Shown in pieces: positions 47,855 through 51,504 of a stretch of DNA of 51,504 bases; position 1 is the stretch's first letter; each line of letters begins with the position of its first letter. Origin of the DNA: an uncultured Gammaproteobacteria bacterium (GTDB taxonomy: Bacteria > Patescibacteriota > Microgenomatia > Daviesbacterales > UBA10151); contig CAYMUB010000059.1 in NCBI GenBank assembly GCA_964393545.1, positions 70,571-122,074 of the forward strand, given 5' to 3'. The position numbers and the translations under genes are program-made. A model generated the notes under the pieces. It ran no database searches and was not told where the DNA came from. It saw nothing but the letters and a program-made list of their open reading frames with translations.

Positions 47855-49044
47855 TGAAAAAAGAATTTCAATTTCATATTATTTCAATGTCCACCTATGG
47901 GGTTGGTTTATCAGGTGGCGATCGAATATTCATTGAGCTTTCAAAAAGATTTTCTAAAAAATACCCGGTTTTTGTTTATGGATGGGAAGAGGGATTCAAT
48001 ATTTGCAAGAGAGAGGGATTAGACAATGTTAAATACATTTTATGGTCTGCAAAATCATTTGCCAAATTAGGATTTTTCATTAATTACTTTGCAAGAGTTT
48101 TTATTGGAATATTTAAAGCTTTTTTATTAAAAGTGGAAAACGCTCCAACAACAATAATTTATTCAGCTTCGGAATTCTGGCAAGATAGCTTACCGGCTGT
48201 TATTTTAAAATTAAGGCATCCTAAAATAAAATGGGTTGCCGCCTGGTATATGAGTGCACCAAATCCTTTTAGGGGATTTGAAGAAAAGGGACAATTAAGA
48301 CTGCTTCCTGATATAAAAGCTTTAGCTTATTGGGTTGTCCAGAAACCGATAAAACCATTGATGCAAAAGCTTTCGGAACTGGTTTTTGTTACTAGTGAGC
48401 CGGATAAATTGCAATTCCCTAAATTGAATAATTTAAATCGAATAATGGTGATTAAGGGGGGCGTTGATTTAGACAAGGTTGCCTTATTTCAAAAAACATC
48501 TAGTAGTCTGCCTAAAATATATGATTGTGTTTTTCAGGGGAGATTCCATCCGCAAAAAGGGGTGATCGAACTTATTGATATATGGAAGAAGGTTTTAGTA
48601 AAAAAACCTGGTGTCAAGCTTGCGATGATTGGTGATGGACCGCTCATGAATGATGTACGATTAAAGATTAAAGATTTAAGATTAGAAAAGCATATTAAAT
48701 TATTCGGTTATGTTTTTGATGGGCCGGAAAAATACAGAATTTTTTCGCAAAGCAGGATTATAGTACACCCTGCCATATATGATAGTGGAGGAATGGCTGC
48801 TGCAGAGGCTATGGCTTTTGGCTTGCCTGGCATAGCTTTTGACTTGGAAGCTCTTAAAACTTACTACCCAAAAGGAATGATAAAAATTCCTATTGGTAAC
48901 CTTGAGGTTTTTAGCAAGACAATAGAACAGCTTTTAACTGATAAAAAACTTTACCTGAGAATTCAGAAAGAGGCGGCTGATCTTGTTTACAATTATTGGG
49001 GTTGGGACTTATTGGTTAAAAGGATATTGCATAAGTTAAAATAA
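47854..49044 (+). CDS. GT4 glycosyltransferase
   Basis: GTG start overlapping the upstream TAG; SGGDRIF; GGVD; GRFHPQKG; IGDG; PAIYDSGGMAAAEAMAFG (DX7E variant). Confidence 0.78.
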   Translation: MKKEFQFHIISMSTYGVGLSGGDRIFIELSKRFSKKYPVFVYGWEEGFNICKREGLDNVKYILWSAKSFAKLGFFINYFARVFIGIFKAFLLKVENAPTTIIYSASEFWQDSLPAVILKLRHPKIKWVAAWYMSAPNPFRGFEEKGQLRLLPDIKALAYWVVQKPIKPLMQKLSELVFVTSEPDKLQFPKLNNLNRIMVIKGGVDLDKVALFQKTSSSLPKIYDCVFQGRFHPQKGVIELIDIWKKVLVKKPGVKLAMIGDGPLMNDVRLKIKDLRLEKHIKLFGYVFDGPEKYRIFSQSRIIVHPAIYDSGGMAAAEAMAFGLPGIAFDLEALKTYYPKGMIKIPIGNLEVFSKTIEQLLTDKKLYLRIQKEAADLVYNYWGWDLLVKRILHKLK

Positions 49045-49046
49045 TT

Positions 49047-50418
49047 ATGAATAGATTATCACCTTTTCTTACACTGCTCATAATAGTATCGGCTATTCAC
49101 TTTTTTTTATTGAAGCCTGTTTGGGAAAATGGTTTAGGGCCAGATGACTGGGGCTTGCTTTATTCATACAAGTCCTTAGTTGGTAATAATAACCCACTTT
49201 TACAAATAGGTAAAGTCTGGCATATCAGAGGGATGTATACTACATATCAGGTTTATTATATTGGTCTGCTGGAGAAAACATTTGGATTAAATTACTTAGC
49301 ATTTCAAACCATAAATATTCTGTTTAAAATAATAGCCACATTATCTGTTTATTTTCTAGTTGATACCCTATTTAAAAAAAAATATCTGGCTTTTCTGACA
49401 ACCATACTTTTTGCAATAAGCTATACTTCGACTGGTACTTTTAAATTCGTAGTACAAGGAGCAGATTATTTAGCTCTGTCCTCGATGAATGTTTTTTTTA
49501 TAACCTACTACTACTCAACAAAGCGTTTCAGATACTCAATACTCTTGCCACCATTATTATTTGTATCCTTTCTCCTATCTCCCCCGAGAGTATATCCACT
49601 ACTCTTTTTTGTACCAATTGTAGAGATATGCCTGATATTTTTTTCAAAGAATAGATTTGCATCAATTGACAGGGGACTCTGCAGACTTCTATTATTATTT
49701 GCACCCCTTCTCGCATTAGCGTTATTAGATAGAGGTGCTGTTAATACTCACTTAGTTTATCTTGGATACTTGTTTCAGAGATTAAGTGAAGGTAAATGGC
49801 ATCTTATTCTGAATTCACTATCAGGACTTGGTATTTACTTTATGCCATTTAATGTGTTCCTATTTCTTTTTGGCAATCAGGGCACAAGTTTTTCCCAATA
49901 TTTTATATCCACTCTTCCTAGATATATATTATTTCTTTTTCCGGTATCAGTGGTTTTTTCTATATTAATATCTAAACACCCAATAGCTTTCTTTAAAAAA
50001 CTTTTTATTGCTAATCTAGCTACTATAGTAATCTTTTTTTCTAATAAATCATAAGACTTTAGATTATGATTACCTTGTCTTAACAGTTCAGTTATTCGGA
50101 GCTTTTATTTTGGAAGCTGCAATATTTGCATGGTTGGAATGGAAAAGTAGCTCTCAAAGATCAAACAGCTTGTTATTACCAATCTGGTTGGGAGCAGGAT
50201 CTTCATTTATATTTCTATTTTTTACTTGGATAATTGCTTACAGCCAGGTTTATAAAGGAATTCATAACTATTTGATGATTCCTTCTATGGGTTTGAGCTT
50301 ATTTCTTGCAGCGATTCTTTTATTATTGACCCAGAATACTCCACGATTTACTTGGGTGATAAGTAGCTCAATAAGAATTTTCTATAGGTTATTATGTGCT
50401 GAAATGCAAAGAAGCGTA
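49047..50418 (+). pseudogene. Frameshifted, truncated GT-C-like membrane glycosyltransferase
   Basis: First-loop DD motif (GPDDWG). The frame stops at 50054, but removing one T from T7 (50034-50040) joins it to the open frame 50041-50418 (LINHKTLDYDYLVL..EAAIFAWLEW..NYLMIP). No C-terminal soluble domain before the IS30 boundary. Confidence 0.7.
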
Positions 50419-51496
50419 CATTCTAGGTGGAAGTGCACCACTAACTAATTAGGTAATACCATTTTGTAACTGTTCCATTCTCTCATATGGTGTCAAGTAT
50501 CCCAAAACTTTCCTTGGAGTTGAGTTCATGATTATCTCTATCTGTTTAATCTTTTTAGAAGAAACAGTATCAATACTTGTTCCTTTAGGGATGAATCTTC
50601 TGATCCTTAGATTAGTATTTTCAACTGTCCCTTTTTCCCAGGAAGCATAACTATGACAAAAGAAAACATTCATTACTAAAGTATCAGTAATTTGTTGATG
50701 ATTAGTATTTTCTAAACCATTATCTTCAGTAACAGTTTTCCTGACTCTTTTAGGAAATGGTAATAATCTTTTAATCAAAGCCTGTGACTTAACATTAGCT
50801 GATCTATTTCTTAGTTTGGATAAAAGTACCAATCTGGCCAGTCTCTCAGCTGTTACAGACAGGGCAGTTTTGTCTGTAGTCTTACCTCCTAAATTATCTG
50901 TTTCAAAATGTCCTGGTGTTTGTCTTGAGTTAACCTCCTCTGGCCTCAAATCTATGCTTACAGCTCCTTTAATATGGCCTACCCTATGAACTGTTCTTCC
51001 TCCTTTTTTCATTCTCTTTTTTCTACCTAAAGTTAAATATTCCCAAAGCCTGTATCTTCTGTTTTTTCTGGCATAAATATATGTATAGATTGTTTCCTGA
51101 GTGATACTTTTTTCAGGATGATCCAGTTTAAGCCTTCCAGCTATTTGTTCCGGAGTCCAATAATATGGCTTCCTTAAATGCTCTCTGACATACAGGAATA
51201 TTAATGGCTCTTTTAATGGAGCTTTTGTTCTTTGTTTAATTCCTCTTTTATCAGCTTTAATTTGAGCTTTGCAGGGAATATATGAGACTCCATATTTAGC
51301 ATTCCTTTTTTCTCTGACAAAGGTTGAGTGAGATCTACCCAACCTTTTGCCAATCTCACGTAAAGATAATCCTTGCTCTTTCAAAGCATAATATTTTTCC
51401 CGCTCCTCCAAGCTTAAGTGTTTGTATTTATTCAATTAAATGCACCTCCTCTCCAGGTTAGATTTTACCTGAAGTGGTGCACTTCGTTTTAGAACC
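50419..51496 (-). mobile_element. IS30-family insertion sequence, about 1078 bp
   Basis: Imperfect terminal IRs CATTCTAGGTGGAAGTGCACCACT (50419-50442) and GGTTCTAAAACGAAGTGCACCACT (reverse complement of 51473-51496), 18/24 identical. Flanked by TA at 50417-50418 and 51497-51498, either a 2 bp target duplication or part of the IR. Confidence 0.88.
50449..51435 (-). CDS. IS30-family DDE transposase (intact)
   Basis: N-terminal HTH (HLSLEERE..SLREIG..LGRS.ST..RE); W.PEQIAGR; IS.ETIY..IY; GHFETD; TEDNG.E; SWEKGTVENTN..IRRF.PKG; N..PRK.LGY.TP. TTG start with SD AGGAGGT 8 nt upstream. Confidence 0.93.
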   Translation of the reverse strand: MNKYKHLSLEEREKYYALKEQGLSLREIGKRLGRSHSTFVREKRNAKYGVSYIPCKAQIKADKRGIKQRTKAPLKEPLIFLYVREHLRKPYYWTPEQIAGRLKLDHPEKSITQETIYTYIYARKNRRYRLWEYLTLGRKKRMKKGGRTVHRVGHIKGAVSIDLRPEEVNSRQTPGHFETDNLGGKTTDKTALSVTAERLARLVLLSKLRNRSANVKSQALIKRLLPFPKRVRKTVTEDNGLENTNHQQITDTLVMNVFFCHSYASWEKGTVENTNLRIRRFIPKGTSIDTVSSKKIKQIEIIMNSTPRKVLGYLTPYERMEQLQNGIT

Positions 51497-51504
51497 TATG
51501 AAGT

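Noticed and set aside
4924-49716. The roughly 20 other 60-110 aa ORFs nested in long genes (e.g. 5920-6231, 8186-8410, 34385-34717, 35839-36081, 41146-41439, 44080-44274)
   Set aside because: All lie wholly within well-supported CDSs, in antisense or alternate frames, with no family motifs. They are expected shadow ORFs.
1-51504. CRISPR arrays, tRNA/rRNA, prophage, defence or toxin genes
   Set aside because: No spaced direct repeats, cloverleaf or rRNA-like segments. Intergenic gaps are at most about 80 bp, and every long ORF is explained by glycosylation or IS functions.
1-51504. Alternative genetic code 25 (TGA=Gly) as in Gracilibacteria/Absconditabacteria
   Set aside because: Long ORFs are complete under code 11, and many end at TGA in ATGA overlaps with the next start.

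Overview
This is a 51.5 kb, AT-rich, almost gap-free cell-surface glycosylation island of 38 glycosylation-related or accessory genes, plus an IS30-family element at the right end. TGA is used as a stop codon (standard code 11). The most striking content is about 19 polytopic membrane proteins of the GT-C type, which use lipid-phosphate-sugar donors. These are 8 full-length ArnT/PMT (GT39/GT83)-like paralogs, 3 truncated paralogs lacking the catalytic loop, and 8 members of other GT-C-like families (PIG-V-like, ALG6/GT87-like, AftD-like, PTPS-related/YfhO-like, unclassified). Supporting genes are 7 stand-alone GT2s (3 DPM1-like, 3 WaaE/KdtX-like, 1 other), 5 GT4 genes (two are tandem GT4-GT4 fusions), one Wzx flippase, an epimerase-methyltransferase-GT2 triple fusion, a Cys4-insert NDP-sugar epimerase, a SAM methyltransferase, a NodU/CmcH carbamoyltransferase and a NeuD/PglD-like acetyltransferase. 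Gene content and architecture suggest a CPR/Patescibacteria (Microgenomates-like) genome, which is inference only. The best candidates for undescribed biology are three: (1) a repeated pairing of a catalytically stripped GT-C paralog directly upstream of an intact GT-C, including a mirror-image duplication at 6.6-12.2 kb; (2) an ER/GPI-like extracytoplasmic glycosylation toolkit whose paralogs vary at a WWDYG-like motif; (3) extended -10 boxes 6-14 nt before the ATG at all 11 identifiable host transcription-unit heads (6-8 nt at eight of them), implying leaderless mRNAs. No tRNA, rRNA or CRISPR array was seen. Family assignments rest on motif recognition by eye; no database search was run.
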